This document shows positions 26,271 to 40,792 of a stretch of 64,000 nt of DNA, piece after piece. The stretch covers positions 93,248,001 to 93,312,000 of the forward strand of contig OZ024744.1 in the NCBI GenBank assembly GCA_964016885.1, written 5' to 3'. Position 1 is the stretch's first letter, and each line of letters begins with the position of its first letter. Source of the stretch: Eledone cirrhosa (taxonomy: Eukaryota). The notes beneath the pieces are model-generated. The model did not search any database. It was not told the origin of the DNA and worked only from the letters and a program-made list of their open reading frames with translations. The position numbers and the translations under genes were made by a program.

Positions 26271-28528
26271 CCCCCCCCCCCCCACAAGAATAAGTGGCCA
26301 AGCAAAGAAAAATATTTTTTACATCATATATTTTGAATGCACATCAACAAACAATCATTATCGACGGGTTGGCAGTATTGTTAAAGTGTCGGACATTATG
26401 CTTAGTGGCATATAGTTACGGCCCTTTACATTCTGAGTTCAAATCCCACCGAGATTAGCTTTGCCTTTCATCCTTACGGAGTTAATAAAATAAAGCATCA
26501 ATAACAGTTGATTTCATTGACTTTCCCCTCCCCACAAAATTGTTGGCCTTGTGCCTAAATCAGAAATGATTATTCTTAGCATAATTGACTGCATCACATT
26601 AAATTTCTGCAACATTCCCTCTCACAAGTAAAGACATTAACATTTGAATTAACAAATCAATTTTTAGATATTTTGTGCTGAATGAATGTTAAGAGTTAAG
26701 TACTCATGACAAAACACATCCAGAGTTGTCTCCAGTACTTTCTGGAAATGATTAAAATAGTTGTTTCTACTTTTGGCACAAGGCCAGCAATTATCCTAGT
26801 GTATTACTGGTACTTTATTTTATCGACTCCCGTAAGGATGAAAGGCAAAGTTAACCTCGACAAGATTTGAACTCAGACCGTAAAGGGACGTAACTATGCT
26901 GGAAAGCATGGTGTCCGACTCTCTACCGATATAGTTTTTTTAGTTCCTGCTCACACCTATGCAGATTTAGGTGGCCCCTTACAAGGTTGTCCTCACAGGC
27001 TTTTGGAGGTGTTTTAAGCTTTTCGTTACCATATTTCTAATAACACACTGTATTCAATTAATGAAGAATTTATTAAAATTATTAATTATTTCCTAAATGT
27101 TAAATATTTGTACTAAAACTTGAAAGATTTTATATAATATTTTTGTTGGAAGGTTTAAATTTAAATTAGGAACCTTTTAAAGTGTTTTTTTTGGTTCAAT
27201 AAAATCAGAGCTGGTTTTGTTTTGGTTAATCATTGGTACCCCAATATGCTCGTGAAAAACATAAAAGGAAGTACCTTACTCAAGAACAGTGCTGCCCAAC
27301 CAGGGAAATCATACTTGCTTCAATGGTAAGGAAACCATTTTTTACTTCATAGATAAATGGTGAAAATGTTTACTCCAATTATTTTAATACACATAATCCC
27401 TTTTCTCTGTTCTATATATTATTCATAGACAGCGAATTAGCAGTCGTTAGAATGCTTTATGGTATTCATTCCAGCTCTCTGCTCTCTGAGTTCAAATCCC
27501 ACCAAGGTCAACATTGTCTTTCATCCTTTTGAGGTAGATTAAAAAAGTACCAGTCTAATACTGGGGTCAATTCTTCCTATATATCTCTTTCTCTGGAAGA
27601 AATCTGCTGCACTCAGGCCTGGAGAAAGATGGGCTCCGCCAGGCTTAAAATGCCCAAGGAACGCTGTATGCCCCTACGACTATCAGGAGTTACGGGACCA
27701 TACATATATTCATTATTCATCAATCATTCTAGTAAAGCCAACCTGCTTTGCTGTAGAGATCTAATAAAATCTAAACTTGTACCAAGATGCTTTCACCAAA
27801 ATCATCATTAAGAAAACACCCATTGACACTGCACTATCTAAAAAAAGTTGCAAAAAGTTGGATTAGCTCAGATTGTACAAGTTCTCTCCCTTTGTTATTT
27901 TGACTCAACACTCCCACCTCCAATAGAATTTGAGCTGAAACTGCAAGGATAATCTTCACTGAAATGTTTCTACTCTCCCTATTTAAAATGCAAGATTACT
28001 TGTATATATACTCTTGGGTTTTGAATAATTGCTCCCCTCCATTAAGTTTCGCTAATCTTTGGTGAAATTTTATTTTAAGTGGTCGCATTCCCATCCGTGA
28101 CAATTTTCTTTAGACATTAAAAAACATATTACTGGAAATCCCAGATGTTATATAATAAAGAAGGGTTGGGGTCTCAATATGTAAACAAACCGACTAATTC
28201 TATAGCGTTTCACTAACCCCTTCCTTCTGTTGTCAGTATATGTTTATGCATTTACGTGTAGATGTGCGTGTATGTAACTAAATGTTACGAATGGACAACT
28301 TAAATGATTTTAATGTCTTTTAACAATTGATTGGTGGAAAAGATTTCCAATTCTCTCATCTCAGGCCGCAACTCATTGTGTCTGGCACTCTTAACCGCTA
28401 CATAGCCTCTTCCTAACTTAATTATAAATACACATATATATAAAGAACATTTTATACATATCACTAACGGGTCGATAAATATATAAACTCTCAAGCAACT
28501 TAAATATAAGGAGCCTGACCGAAATCCC

Positions 28529-28567
<39 letters not shown>

Positions 28568-28619
28568 GTACTAAAAAAAGGGAAAGGGAAAAAACCCACC
28601 ACCACAACAAGGAGCACTG

Positions 28620-29105
28620 GAGTTTCCCTCTGTTTTATGCAAGCTAACGCACTCCCATCATTACAACAGCTGATAGCGGGAATAGGATGCTGTAATAACC
28701 AAGCACATTCGCGAGCATTACATGATATGTCAGTAAGGTGAGCCGTCAACAACGACAAGAACTTTGTTGTCAAGGGCCCAGCTCCCATAAACTTCTCGAA
28801 CGCCACTGGCTGAAACAAACAAACAAACAAAAAAAAAATAGTTTGCCGATAATTCCTGATATTTTGGAATTTTATTCTGCACGGCTGCGGGGCTATTGTG
28901 ACTCCCACTACCACCACCACCATTTCGCATCCAAGATTTGGGGTGCGAGGTGTGAAAAAAAAATGTCGCTAACTGTGACGTCCCAAATGTGACATCAACC
29001 TCTCTTCTTACCCAGGGACAAAGAGTAAGACCATCTGGTGTCTTTCTTTCCATCAGCCTTGGATAATCCAGTTGGCTCCAAAACTGAGGAGATGTCTATG
29101 AGACC
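28620..29105 (-). pseudogene. CRE-clade LINE RLE domain (longest fragment)
   Basis: LEPTGLS...RKTPDGLTLCPW..DVT...KIPKYQEL...PVAFEKF.G.GP...ARECAWLLQ, a PD-(D/E)xK-type endonuclease. Confidence 0.75.
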
Positions 29106-30452
29106 AATTGTTTCTCGTCACAACAACCGCAAAAATAAAAATAAAAACTAACTAGGTTTAATGAATAAACATTATCTCTAATCGAGACGAAGCGAGAGTA
29201 TATTTGAATTCATATAAAAATGAGAAAACTCATCGCTAGAAAAGCTAAGACAACCAAATGCTTTGATTACTTATTTTACGACAGAATAATATTCATGAAT
29301 AAAACACATTTTCACTGGATTTAGATTATATTCATAATTAATTAAAAGAGAAATATATACAATGTCGTCACATTTACTGAGAAAGAGAGAGAGAGAGACT
29401 CCTATATATTCAAATAATTTATCTAGTTATTTTATTATTCCTCTCAATACAATCAAACAAAAGTTATCTATTTCTGTGACAATCATCATAACTTTGTTTT
29501 CTCCCGAGAATCATTGATAGGAACAATACTTCTGCTCATGATAGTTTTGCTAGCAAGTTTGTACTTGAAATTTCCAGTCTTTCAACTAATATAGTTACAG
29601 TCATTAAAAGCTATTTTTACACTAAGGCTACTTATTTAGTAAAATAAATAAACAAAACAAAAAAAAAACAACAACAACAATATATTCCATTTATTTCGCA
29701 AGTTTTTACTTAAGACGCAATTGTCACTATAAATTGTCTATATATGCGCTTGACGTATTGTTTATCTCCGCCCTCTATTCAATTCCCGCCCTTTCCTCCT
29801 CCCCCTATCTCTCTATTCCTGCCTTTATCCTCCTCAGTGACCTCTTTTCTCAGTATCTTACAATCTAAAACTTAAACCATCAATGCGTCTTAATCGTTTT
29901 CGTGCTCAAATCTTCAACTCTTCTACTTCCTCTTATTCTGCTAACGCATCCTTAACACCATTTCCATATTACTAATATTAGGTTAAAACTTATGGTTAAT
30001 TTTGAAAATATACATTTGGAGTGATTTTGTAATATAACCTATTATTATCATTATTTAGCAGGTATTGGGACGTAACTTAACAAAGGGTCTTAAATGAAAT
30101 TCAATAGTTTGTTTTTTTTAGATAAACATAGACATTTAAAAATAAATATCTTACTATCAATATAACCAGGGGCGGATTATTATCAAAAGGGTTATTTTAA
30201 AGAAATACATTTCAACTAACAAAAAATTGCCAACAATTTGGGGGACACCACGTAAATGGCTATAGCCTTTTTATTTGTTCATCCCAACCCCATATCACCC
30301 CGAGATTTACAATTCTAATAATAAAAAAAAGACCTTCCTGAAACATTTCATTTTTGGCTGCTATTTTTAGTATGTCGAGAGACCTCATAGATACTTTCTT
30401 GTTAGTTCGTGAGAAACAGCAACCCCCCCCCCCCCCCGAATCGTGTAAAATG

Positions 30453-30625
30453 GTGAATAATGAAAGAGATGAACATTTACGTGGGAAGTTTATTCTGACG
30501 AACCGCGTTTTTTTATCAAGTGAAAAGGTTAAAAAACATTTTCTCTTGAAAAAAAAAACGTAGTTCATGTAAACGATTCGTCAGAATAAATTTCCCACGT
30601 AAATGTCCATCTCTTTCATTATTCA
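30453..30625. repeat. Fold-back inverted repeat (MITE-like)
   Basis: TGAATAATGAAAGAGATGAACATTTACGTGGGAAGTTTATTCTGACGAA and its reverse complement at ~30577-30625, plus an inner imperfect palindrome. Confidence 0.8.
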
Positions 30626-31873
30626 ACGCAGTTTCAATTTGAGATAACAGTTAGCTATTAATATCTGATTTAGGAACAATGCCAGCAATTCTGGGGGAGG
30701 GGAAGTCGACAAATCGACCTCCTCAGTGCATTACTGGTACTTTATTTTATCGACCCCGAAAGGATATGAACTCAGATCGTAAATGACCGTAACTCTATAC
30801 AGCAAAGCATATTATTGTCCGACGCTCTACCGATACTGCCCTAGTTTTCGACACAAGGTCTGCAATTGGGGGTGAGGGAGAAGTCAGCTGTTACCGGCCC
30901 CAGACCTTGACTTCTATTTTACTTTATCGATCCGGAAGGTAAAGTTTTCACCGCGGCGAGATTTGAATCCAGAACTAAATATCGCAAACCATTTTATATC
31001 AGACACTAACGATTCAGCCGAACCCCGCCATAACACTATTTAGGCACACAAGACCAGCAATCTATGTGAGAAGGAAAACACATTATATCGGCTCCCGTAC
31101 TTGACTGCTACTCTATTTTATCGATCAGCAATTTTGAAGGAAGAAAGTCGATTATATCGGCCCTATTATTTCATTGAGGCTTTACTGTGTCGATACGCAA
31201 TTTAGGTGAGGACGAAAGTCGATAATATCGGCCCCAGTACTGGACTAGTGCTTTATTTCGCCGATCCCAGAAGTATAAAAGGCAAAGTTGACCTCAGCGG
31301 GATTTGAACTCAGAACTAGAACTAAATACCGCAAGGTAGTTTTATCATACTGGCCACGTTCGATTTTGTATTTTCTAACGGTCAAAAATCTTCAAGATGA
31401 CGGAATAAAAGGAGAAAAAAAATCGTCTACTGTAATTTTCTTGTAGTGAAATATTGGCTAAGCGTTCATTTATTGATCTCCAATCTATATTGATTCGTTA
31501 TCTTTGAGAACGAAACTTAATTCGATTGGCCATTTTTATTGTGGTAATGTCATCTGCGATAAACTTTGCAATATAGTCTTTAATAAACGTAGTTTATCAG
31601 TTCACTTTCAGCGTACCAATATTTGAAATATTACCAAATGATTATTTTTATCGATACTGTTTGCCTTCATCCTACGAATCTAATTTTTCATTTACTACTT
31701 TAATTAATAATTAAAACTAGAACGGAAATAATAAATTACTTGTTCATTCATTATATATGCGTGCTGGCGTGGCTGTATGGTTAAGGTGTTCTCTTCGCAA
31801 TCACGTGGTTCCGAGTTCAGTTCGACTGCCTGGTACATATGAGTGAGATTTGATAGACAAAATAGCTACTAAA

Positions 31874-31915
<42 letters not shown>

Positions 31916-32424
31916 GGGTTCAATATGGTCGACTAAATCTAGTGAAGGCAATGCTCAAGCATGACCGCAGTCATTAGACTGAAACCAGTAAAATGATCAT
32001 GGGAAAAGAAATTATATTAGTTCGGTTTAATTGTTTGACCTTTAAACTTTCGAACAATTGTACGTTTAACAATCGGGGGCAAGGAAGTCAGCCAGAGAGA
32101 GAGCGAGGGACATACAGACAAGACAGGCACAAAGATCGCTTGAACTACTAAAAATAGCTGTCAAATCACATTATCTTTAAAATAGGACGCACTAATTCAA
32201 TAATGTGGTCCTGAAGAAAAAGCGGGATTGCCACGACCGGAATGCCTTCGTTCAAAATAGGTCTGTTCAATCGAACCTGACCTCCTGGTTAAACAACTTT
32301 ATATACAAGGTTTAGCTGAATAAGATTTAACTGGGTATATTTTTTATCTCCAACATCTTAAAATCGACGGGGGAACTAAATTAATTGTTAATAAAAAATT
32401 TAATACTAATAATCATAAACTAAG

Positions 32425-32790
32425 ACATGGCTGTGTGGTTAAGAAGTTCACTTGACAGCCGCGTGCGTGATCTCAGGTTCATTTCCACTGAGTGGTACCT
32501 TGGGGCAAGTGTCTTCTACTATAGCCTCGGATTGAACAATGCCTTGTGGTCGTGAAAATCGGTTATGGAAACTACGGAAGCCCGCTCGTCATGTATGTGT
32601 ATGTACGTATATATGTATGTGTGTGTGTGCGTTCGTTTTTGCGTCTGTTTATTTCCCGTAACTTAGCGGTTCAAAAAAATGAGATTGATAAATTGAATAG
32701 ATCGACTACAGTCGATGTGATCAATTATAAATCGATAAGGCAGATGACCCAACTATGACCGCAGTCAAATGATTGGAACCAATAAGAATA
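32425..32790 (+). mobile_element. tRNA-derived SINE, family 2
   Basis: GGCTGTGTGGTTAAGAAGTTC...GGTTCA.TCC...CCTTGGGGCAAGTGTCTTCTACTATAGCC. Other copies at ~18845+, 31765+, 50830+, 59320-, 59490+. Confidence 0.75.
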
Positions 32791-33199
32791 CGAATAAATG
32801 AATAATTGAAATTAAAATGCATTCTAAAAACAACAAACAAACAAGATATTTGATTTCCGCATTAAAAACTGGAAAACAAAGATCAGCATTTTATGAAAGA
32901 CATTTCATTCATATATATATATATTAAAAAAACAGGATTATTAAAATAATCCGGAAACTATTGTTTGGTGGGGTCAACTGAGATGAATTAAAAGATGTAC
33001 AATAAAAATGTCAAGTAAAAACTAATAAAATATATATATATCACAACATTTTAAAGTTAATTTTTTTCTAAATTTGATTTGGTAAAATATTTTATAATAA
33101 ATAAATGCAGTTATTGAAGGTCGAAGTAAAAAATATGTAATTTCTACATGTATAAATTTTAATTTCATTACATTATACAAATCTGACTCACGGACGCAC

Positions 33200-33204
33200 T
33201 ACAA

Positions 33205-33239
<35 letters not shown>

Positions 33240-33244
33240 CACAC

Positions 33245-33329
<85 letters not shown>

Positions 33330-33410
33330 CACATTTATATTTATAAATATGTATGTGAAAATATATATGTATATGATTTTATATATATATAATATATGTA
33401 TATATATATA

Positions 33411-33468
<58 letters not shown>

Positions 33469-33470
33469 TC
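33200..33470. repeat. (CA)n/(TA)n microsatellite; first of many long (TA)n arrays between 33 and 57 kb
   Basis: Direct reading. Confidence 0.95.
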
Positions 33471-36400
33471 ACAAAAATGTATGTGTGTGTGTGTGGTTAA
33501 AATTAATAAATATAATTAATTAGCAAGGAAATATGAAGAACTTACCTCAAAAATCATACCCAGACACGAGATGCATCAATTCTCCCTCTCACACAATTTT
33601 TTTTCTTTAGGGGATTAAGAAAAGATATAACCAAATTAAAATTGATTAATATCTTTCCCTTTCAATGTAGAAAAACTACATTGAAAATATATTGTATATA
33701 TTTAATATATACTTTTAAAGGGATGGGGTGAGAGACAGTTGACGCTTTCAAAAAACAACCACAAGTCATACGGCTGTGGCTGAATTTACACTATTGGTTC
33801 AAGTAGTTCTTTAAGAGTTTATAAAGCCCTTAAAACATTGGTGTATTTCTACGCATTGTCTATTTAATATACATTCAGAGAAAGAACTGAAAGATGATTA
33901 ATTTGACTTTTATTTTTTTAAATCAATGAATATTTTGATAGATTTTATTACAGGTGACATTACTAAAATATTTCAATTTTCTTATAAGAAAAAGTGCGTC
34001 ACCAGACAGGAAGTTGGTAAAATGGTTCTAGAAAACGGCCATTTTGACTATTCCAGAAATTTCCAACATGAAACCTACATCAAATATTTAATTATCATTT
34101 AGATTTTAATTCTTAAACAAATTTTTTTTGTTAATTTATTATATTTATATTTATTAGTAATACTATACATGTACCTTTTTCACTTTAGAAAATATATCAC
34201 AGTAATCAGGCACAAATGTATCGTTTCGAGTATTTTTTTGTTGAAACATCTTTTGAAAAACACCTATTTCAATTGTTTTGTCTTAACGTCACCTGATTTA
34301 ATCAGTAAAACTTACTTTAAATATTACATGTTCTTAATCTTGATTTTGATTTCATTTTCATATACATGAAGAGAAACTTTCCTTGCGTGTGTTTGTTCGT
34401 TTATTGAATTACTGACGAAATCAATTTGTTGTATAATATCTAGGTGGATAATAACGAAGAAGAATTTTCATAGTTTCTACGCATTCAAACGTTACACATT
34501 CTTAAACACACCTACACATACATATATATATATACATAAATGTTGTTTAGCCCCAATGCCCAGTCCAATCTAACCGAACAGATTTATAATCAAAGGTTAT
34601 ATCAGCTATGATTGCCATATTTTTAGAGTTTATACAACCAACTGCATTATTTATACACTTTTTTTTTGTAGATATTAAGGAGTGTAATTTGAGGGAAAGT
34701 GTGTCTATTTCTAGCAGGTCGTACGAGAAATAGAGGGAGAAATTTTCAACCTTTTTCAGTCCACGACATATTGAATAAGTCACTAAAAATGTTGTAGACA
34801 GAACATATTTTAAAAAAAAGAAGTGTTTTATTATATTTAAAGACAAAAACGAACATATTAGAATTGTTTTAAATCCAAAATGGCGACAGCCATCGTACTT
34901 AATCATAAAGATTTCTAAATATTCTAGCACATTTGACTCGCCTTATAAATTAGCGCTACATACTAAATAAATATTGTAAGGTTTAGTAGGATTTTTTTTA
35001 AAAAGTAATCTAAAGAATTGTTAACAAGCAAAATCAAAAATATTTTCATTGCTTTACGAAGTATGACAGTTTATGTTTTCGTTTAACATCCAATGACACT
35101 TTAGGGGAAGTTGACCTCAAATCTGAGACCCCTGGTCTACATTCTTTCTAGAGTGGATATCGAAGGCCAGATAAAGGTGTTAAAACAGGCTATAGATTAA
35201 GTATAACCCGCCAAAAATGATTACTTGTAAGTGAAATATAATTGTTTCTACTTTTGGCACAAGGTCAGCAATTATCTCAGTGTATTACTGGTACTTTATT
35301 TTATCGACCCCGTAAGTATGAAAGGCAAAGTTAACCTCGGCGAGATTTGAACTTATAAGTGAAATATAATGGGATATAGTTTATGATTGTTGCGTGTGAC
35401 ACAACAGACCTAAAATAGTAGACATACATTAATGATCAAAAGGTTATTCCAGCCATGATCATTCTAGGAAGATTTAGCTACTATTTCTACGGGGCCGAAT
35501 GACCACGTACAGGGTTTCCTCTTCGCCTGTCATTGGATTTCTTTCTATCACCGATTGAACCATTTTAATTTTTGCTTTAGGAATAGCTACACCCATGTAA
35601 TTATGGTATGTGTCATGGAATATATAGCACATATTGAATATTTAGTATGTATGTGTGTGAATTTATGAAATATGTTTATATTTATCATATATATATATAT
35701 GAAATATGTTTATATTTATATTTATGAAATATGTGTATATATGCATATACATACATCATATATATATATATATATAAATGAAAATAGAGAAATTACATCA
35801 TATATATATATAGATACACACACATGCACCATATAAATATATATATATATATATTGTCCTTGCGCCTGATGAACGAGACTAGTATTAGAACTGTTCCTCC
35901 ACTATGCAGTGGTGGCCATAACTGAACCTCGAAACACGTATATATGTGTATAAAATATTGTGTGTTTGTTTTAGCTGTTGTTGTTTAGCCACTGGTCAGT
36001 TTTAAACGACCGGTTACTTATGATCAGAAATGCTCAAATGGCTGACCATCTATTCTTTTCTAACATGTTTCACTTCAGATTACAATATTCAATATGTCCT
36101 CCCATTTAAAAAAGAATGGCAGTAGTTTATGATATGGGAAAGATTAGTTGGCTGTTTCTAGCGGCCATTTAGAGGCAGCATTTAGGTTACTCATATTTCC
36201 CCCCCTACTCTCAGGACTCAGTTGTCCCTCTAAGATATTTTCATTAACCGATAATGAAACCCCAGGACGAACCAGTCTACAAAAATAAATGATATTGCGG
36301 GTGAAAGGCGTCAAATGTCTAACATAATTGATTTATTTGTTATACGGAAATCGACGATATGTATATATATGTGTATATATATATATGCACACATATATAT

Positions 36401-36766
36401 ATATGTGTGTGTGTGTATAGAGAGAGACATTGAAGGAAGTATATATAAAATCATTCATATGAACATCATTTAACGTCCGTTTTTCCTGTCAAACTATTGT
36501 ATATATATATATATATATACATTTCGTTTCTGAATTTGTTTAGCAAGATTCTTTATCTGAAATCGTGTGTTGAAACCGATATTGTTATACTTTGGGAGAT
36601 ATGTATATATATTTAAATATATGTATGTATATATATATATATATAGGAGGTGAGTTTTATTGTAGCACAATAAAGCAATGCAAATATCGGATAAGTAGCA
36701 CTCAACAGTTTATAGGACTGGAGTATAAATAATATAAGATCAAAAGATGGTTAAAAGAGTTCCATG

Positions 36767-36837
36767 TATTTTATTATGCGCATTTCAAAAACAAATATCA
36801 TCATGGGATGATATTTGCGTTCTCATCAGATAAAATA
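36767..36837 (-). ncRNA. Type I hammerhead ribozyme (minus copy)
   Basis: Reverse complement of 36912-36982. Confidence 0.85.
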
Positions 36838-36911
36838 GGGAGACATGATATGAAGCTTAAAAAACACTTGCGAACAGCGAAGTGTTTTTTAAGCTTCATA
36901 TCATGTCTCCC

Positions 36912-36982
36912 TATTTTATCTGATGAGAACGCAAATATCATCCCATGATGATATTTGTTTTTGAAATGCGCATAATAAAATA
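36912..36982 (+). ncRNA. Type I minimal hammerhead ribozyme
   Basis: Stem I TATTTTAT; CTGATGA (36920-26); stem II GAACGCAAATATCATC/GATGATATTTGTTTTT; GAAA; palindrome TGCGCA; AUA cleavage site after 36974; stem I' ATAAAATA. Confidence 0.85.
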
Positions 36983-37220
36983 CATGGAACTCTTTTAACC
37001 ATCTTTTGATTTTATATTATATATATATATATATATATATACATATACATACATATATTTAAATATATTTAAATACATACGTATATTTATATTTATATAT
37101 ATATGTTTATCCCGGGTTCAATCGGGGGTAACCACAGTAATTAAGGTGCTCAATACAAAGCAGAGTATAAATATTTAATATAGAAAAGCTTCTACAGGAC
37201 TAGAACTGTTTCATTCGTGA

Positions 37221-37260
<40 letters not shown>

Positions 37261-38543
37261 TCCCTTATAATTTGAACACAGATATGTATATATCTGATAT
37301 ATACACAGATATGTACATATATATCAAAATAAGAGTCATATACCATAAGAATAGAGAAAGAATTATGATATATTATGTGTGTGTGTATGTATGTAGTTGA
37401 TGGCTGAGCGAGAAGGGTACTGAAAGCCGATGTAGAGTTTAGGTATTCATTTTATTAAAGCTAAATAGTGAAACTCGCCTGCTTATAAATATATATATAT
37501 CATCATCATCATCATCATCATCATCGTTTAACGTCCATCTTCCACGCTAGCATGGGTTAGACGGGAATTGTGCCACTTGACGCCATTCCCCAAAGTATAA
37601 CATTATATATATAGGAACGAGTAGGACCCCGACGGCTGAGCTCAAGCCGTTTCGACGGCTAATTCTGGACTCAGAGTCCAGAATTAGCCTACTCGTTCCT
37701 ATTACCCACTCTACTACCCTTCTACAGGACTAGAACTGTTTATATATATATATATATATAGTATATACACACATACATACATATACATATATATTTGTAC
37801 AGGGTGTCCAAAAAATGTATACACACTTCAACAGCATTCTAATAAATATTGCCTGTACAGGTAATCAAAGTGTGTATATATATTTTGGGGGACACCATCC
37901 ATAATATACTCTATACATATTGTTTCACTATGAAAAAGATGAACATCACAGCCAATCCCTTCCTACTAAGTTTACATGTCGACGTAGGTGCCTCTATGTG
38001 GTCGCTGGACCTACTAGAAACTGCAGCCGAATCTCCTTCAAATCATATCTTCACCGTCTTACAAATGGAAGGACACATCAGATAATGTAGCCTTGTGTAC
38101 ATAAGGTGGAGTAGTCATGGCCGGAACGCTTTTCATCATAGGTCTAAATGAATTAATTAGTAGAGTGGCTAAACAAGTAATACATTAACATTTGAGAATT
38201 CATTTAATTTGTGTGTGTGGAGAGAGAAACAAAGTCAAGTAGACATTTTCTGTTTATTTTGTAATTCTTAATTGGTCACTGTTTTTTTTTTGTTTTTTTC
38301 AGCTTTTAATCCGACATAGTTTCTGTGATAAGTACACACACACATATATAGATGTGTATATATATATTATGTTATATATATATATATATACACGCATATA
38401 TATAAGTAGAAGGGGTATTTAATTTGTTGGAAGTCCAACAAATATAAATGTTTATAACTGATTTAGAGCACTCAACAGTTTACTGGAGTAAATATTCAAT
38501 GATATTATTAAATAAATGGAAACTATATTTATAAAACCATATT

Positions 38544-38605
38544 TATTTTATTATATATATTTCAAGGGTACCAAAAATGTTGGTACACTTTCATCAGATA
38601 AAATA
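38544..38605 (-). ncRNA. Type I hammerhead ribozyme
   Basis: Minus strand: TATTTTAT CTGATGA AAGTGTACCAA cattt TTGGTACCCTT GAAA TATATA TA^ATAAAATA. Confidence 0.8.
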
Positions 38606-38734
38606 TAAAATTTGTTTTATAAATATTGACATAACCATGACGATCATACCTTATCGGTTGGAACTATCCAGTGAATATACAACCGATAAGGTATGATTTT
38701 CATGGGTATGTCTCTATTTATAAAACAAACTTTG

Positions 38735-38798
38735 TATTTTATCTGATGAAAGCTTACCAATGTTGTCTTGGTACCCTTGAAATATATATAATAAAATA
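38735..38798 (+). ncRNA. Type I hammerhead ribozyme
   Basis: TATTTTAT CTGATGA AAGCTTACCAA tgttgtc TTGGTACCCTT GAAA TATATA TA^ATAAAATA. Confidence 0.8.
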
Positions 38799-38823
38799 AA
38801 TATAGTTTCAATTTATTTAATAT

Positions 38824-38903
<80 letters not shown>

Positions 38904-38937
38904 TTAATTAGAAAGTGAACAACACAATATATAACTA

Positions 38938-39005
38938 CTCCATTACCAAAGGTTTCTGGACCCTAGACAATATTAATATAAGTCTGGATCGTTCATCAGA
39001 CAGAG
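38938..39005 (-). ncRNA. Type I hammerhead ribozyme, family C
   Basis: Minus strand: CTCTGT CTGATGA AC GATCCAGAC...GTCTAGGGTC CA GAAACC TTT GGTA^ATGGAG; stem I is 6 bp including 2 G-U pairs. Confidence 0.7.
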
Positions 39006-39276
39006 ATGTTAAATAGCTCTGTTCTATACACAGAGCACTCTTTTTTTCCCTTTGCTTTTTCTTCGGAATTACCTAACATATATAATATATATATACATAT
39101 GTATATATATATATGTATATGTGTATATATATATATATCGTCGTTCCCAGAATTTAATTTCTTTGCTGGTCATTTCGTTTATGGTGATAACGTTGATGAC
39201 TAAGACTAATTCTTGCATGGAAGAGTTAACGCCATTGACTACATGGTAATGCTGGTGGAGGATGAGGTTAACTCTG

Positions 39277-39317
<41 letters not shown>

Positions 39318-39578
39318 TATTTATATGAATATATATATACATATATATATATATATATGAGTGTGTTGTGTGTATCCCGGGTCCAATCGGGGGTAACCAC
39401 AATAAGTAAGGTACTCAATACATTGAGTAGAGTATGTACAATGTTTAATATAGTAATGGCTTCTATAGGACTAGAACTGTTTCATTCGAAGCAATCATCA
39501 AGAAATCTCTTATGATTTCCTTCGAATGAAGCAGTTCTAGTCCTGTAGAAGCCATTTCTATATTAAACAATACATATA

Positions 39579-39615
<37 letters not shown>

Positions 39616-40070
39616 GCGGTGCCCCAGCATGGCCTCAGCCGGATGGTGGGAACAGGTAAAAGAGTAATATATATATATATATATAGTGAAAGAGTGAAGA
39701 ATAACATGGTCAACAGTACAAAAAGGGTTTTATTTACAGTATTAACAATTGTTTCATTGGTTAAGTTGTCTAAAAATTGCTAATCATTTGAAGTTGTGTG
39801 TGTATATATATATATATATTTATAAAACCATATTTATTTCATTATACATATTTCAAGGACACCAAGTTAAATTATCAGACAAAATATAATATAGATCAGT
39901 TTTATAAATAAATATTGACATACCCTTAATTTTTAATACCGTTGCATTTTTTAAGGGTATGTCAATATTTATTTTTAAGGGTATGTCAATATTGACATAC
40001 CCTTAATTGTTAATACCGTTTCATTTTTTAAGGGTATGTCAATATTTATTTATAAAACTGATCTATATTA

Positions 40071-40135
40071 TATTTTGTCTGATGAAAGCACACCATAATT
40101 TAACTTGGTGTCCTTGAAATATGTATAATGAAATA
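40071..40135 (+). ncRNA. Type I hammerhead ribozyme, family B
   Basis: TATTTTGT CTGATGA AAGCACACCA...TGGTGTCCTT GAAA TATGTA TA^ATGAAATA. The inverted partner at ~39835-39886 has a deletion in the core. Confidence 0.75.
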
Positions 40136-40652
40136 AATATGCTTTTATAAATATAGTTTCCATTTGTTAATATCGTATGTTTACTCCAAATATTTGTTGA
40201 GTGCTTTATATCAGTTATAAAAATATTTGCTTGTTGTATCCCAACAATTTAAATAGAACTTTTGTATATATATATATATATATATATTATCACCGTTTAA
40301 CGTCTATTTTCCACGCCTGTATGGGCTAGACAATGTGACAAGTCAGGTCCAGAGGCCATGTCTTACTCATACAGATCTGACTTTTGGCTTGGTTTCTACT
40401 GCTGTATTAGTTAGATAGATGCCTTTCCTTATGACAACCATGTTACAGTGTGAACTGGGTGCTTTTTATCATGGCACCAAAACGACCATCTAACAGGGTG
40501 GACTAGGTGCTTTTTTTTGGTCATGTTACCAGCATAACCATGTGGTGAACTGATGATTTGACGGGCGTAACAAGCATTACTCTGTATCGAAGCAGAGTTA
40601 AACATTCTTCATTATATCTATATGGTGACTCATGTTACACTGGAATTTCACC

Positions 40653-40733
<81 letters not shown>

Positions 40734-40792
40734 GTAGGAGGTGAGTTTTATTGTAGAAAATACTTGGAACTCTTTTAACCATCTTTTGATCT

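Larger units (their letters stand above)
36646..37020. mobile_element. Penelope-like fold-back element, family A, in (TA)n
   Basis: Near-perfect ~140-bp inverted arms at 36729-36869 and 36880-37020; each arm holds a hammerhead; (TA)n on both sides. Confidence 0.8.
38405..38830. mobile_element. Penelope-like fold-back element, family B, in (TA)n
   Basis: Inverted arms ~38500-38660 and ~38680-38830; tail (AGCACTCAACAGTTT..CTGGAGTA) shared with family A. Relatives at 39820-40265, 41085-41400 and 48505-48740. Confidence 0.8.

Noticed and set aside
30490-30560. CTGACGA in the fold-back at 30453-30625 as a hammerhead
   Set aside because: No correctly placed GAAA-stem III-NUH-stem I' found.
35855-35945. 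CTGATGAACGAG...CTCGAAACACGTA as an intact ribozyme
   Set aside because: The core is present but stem I does not pair; counted only as a degenerate remnant, as are ~40550 and ~44953.
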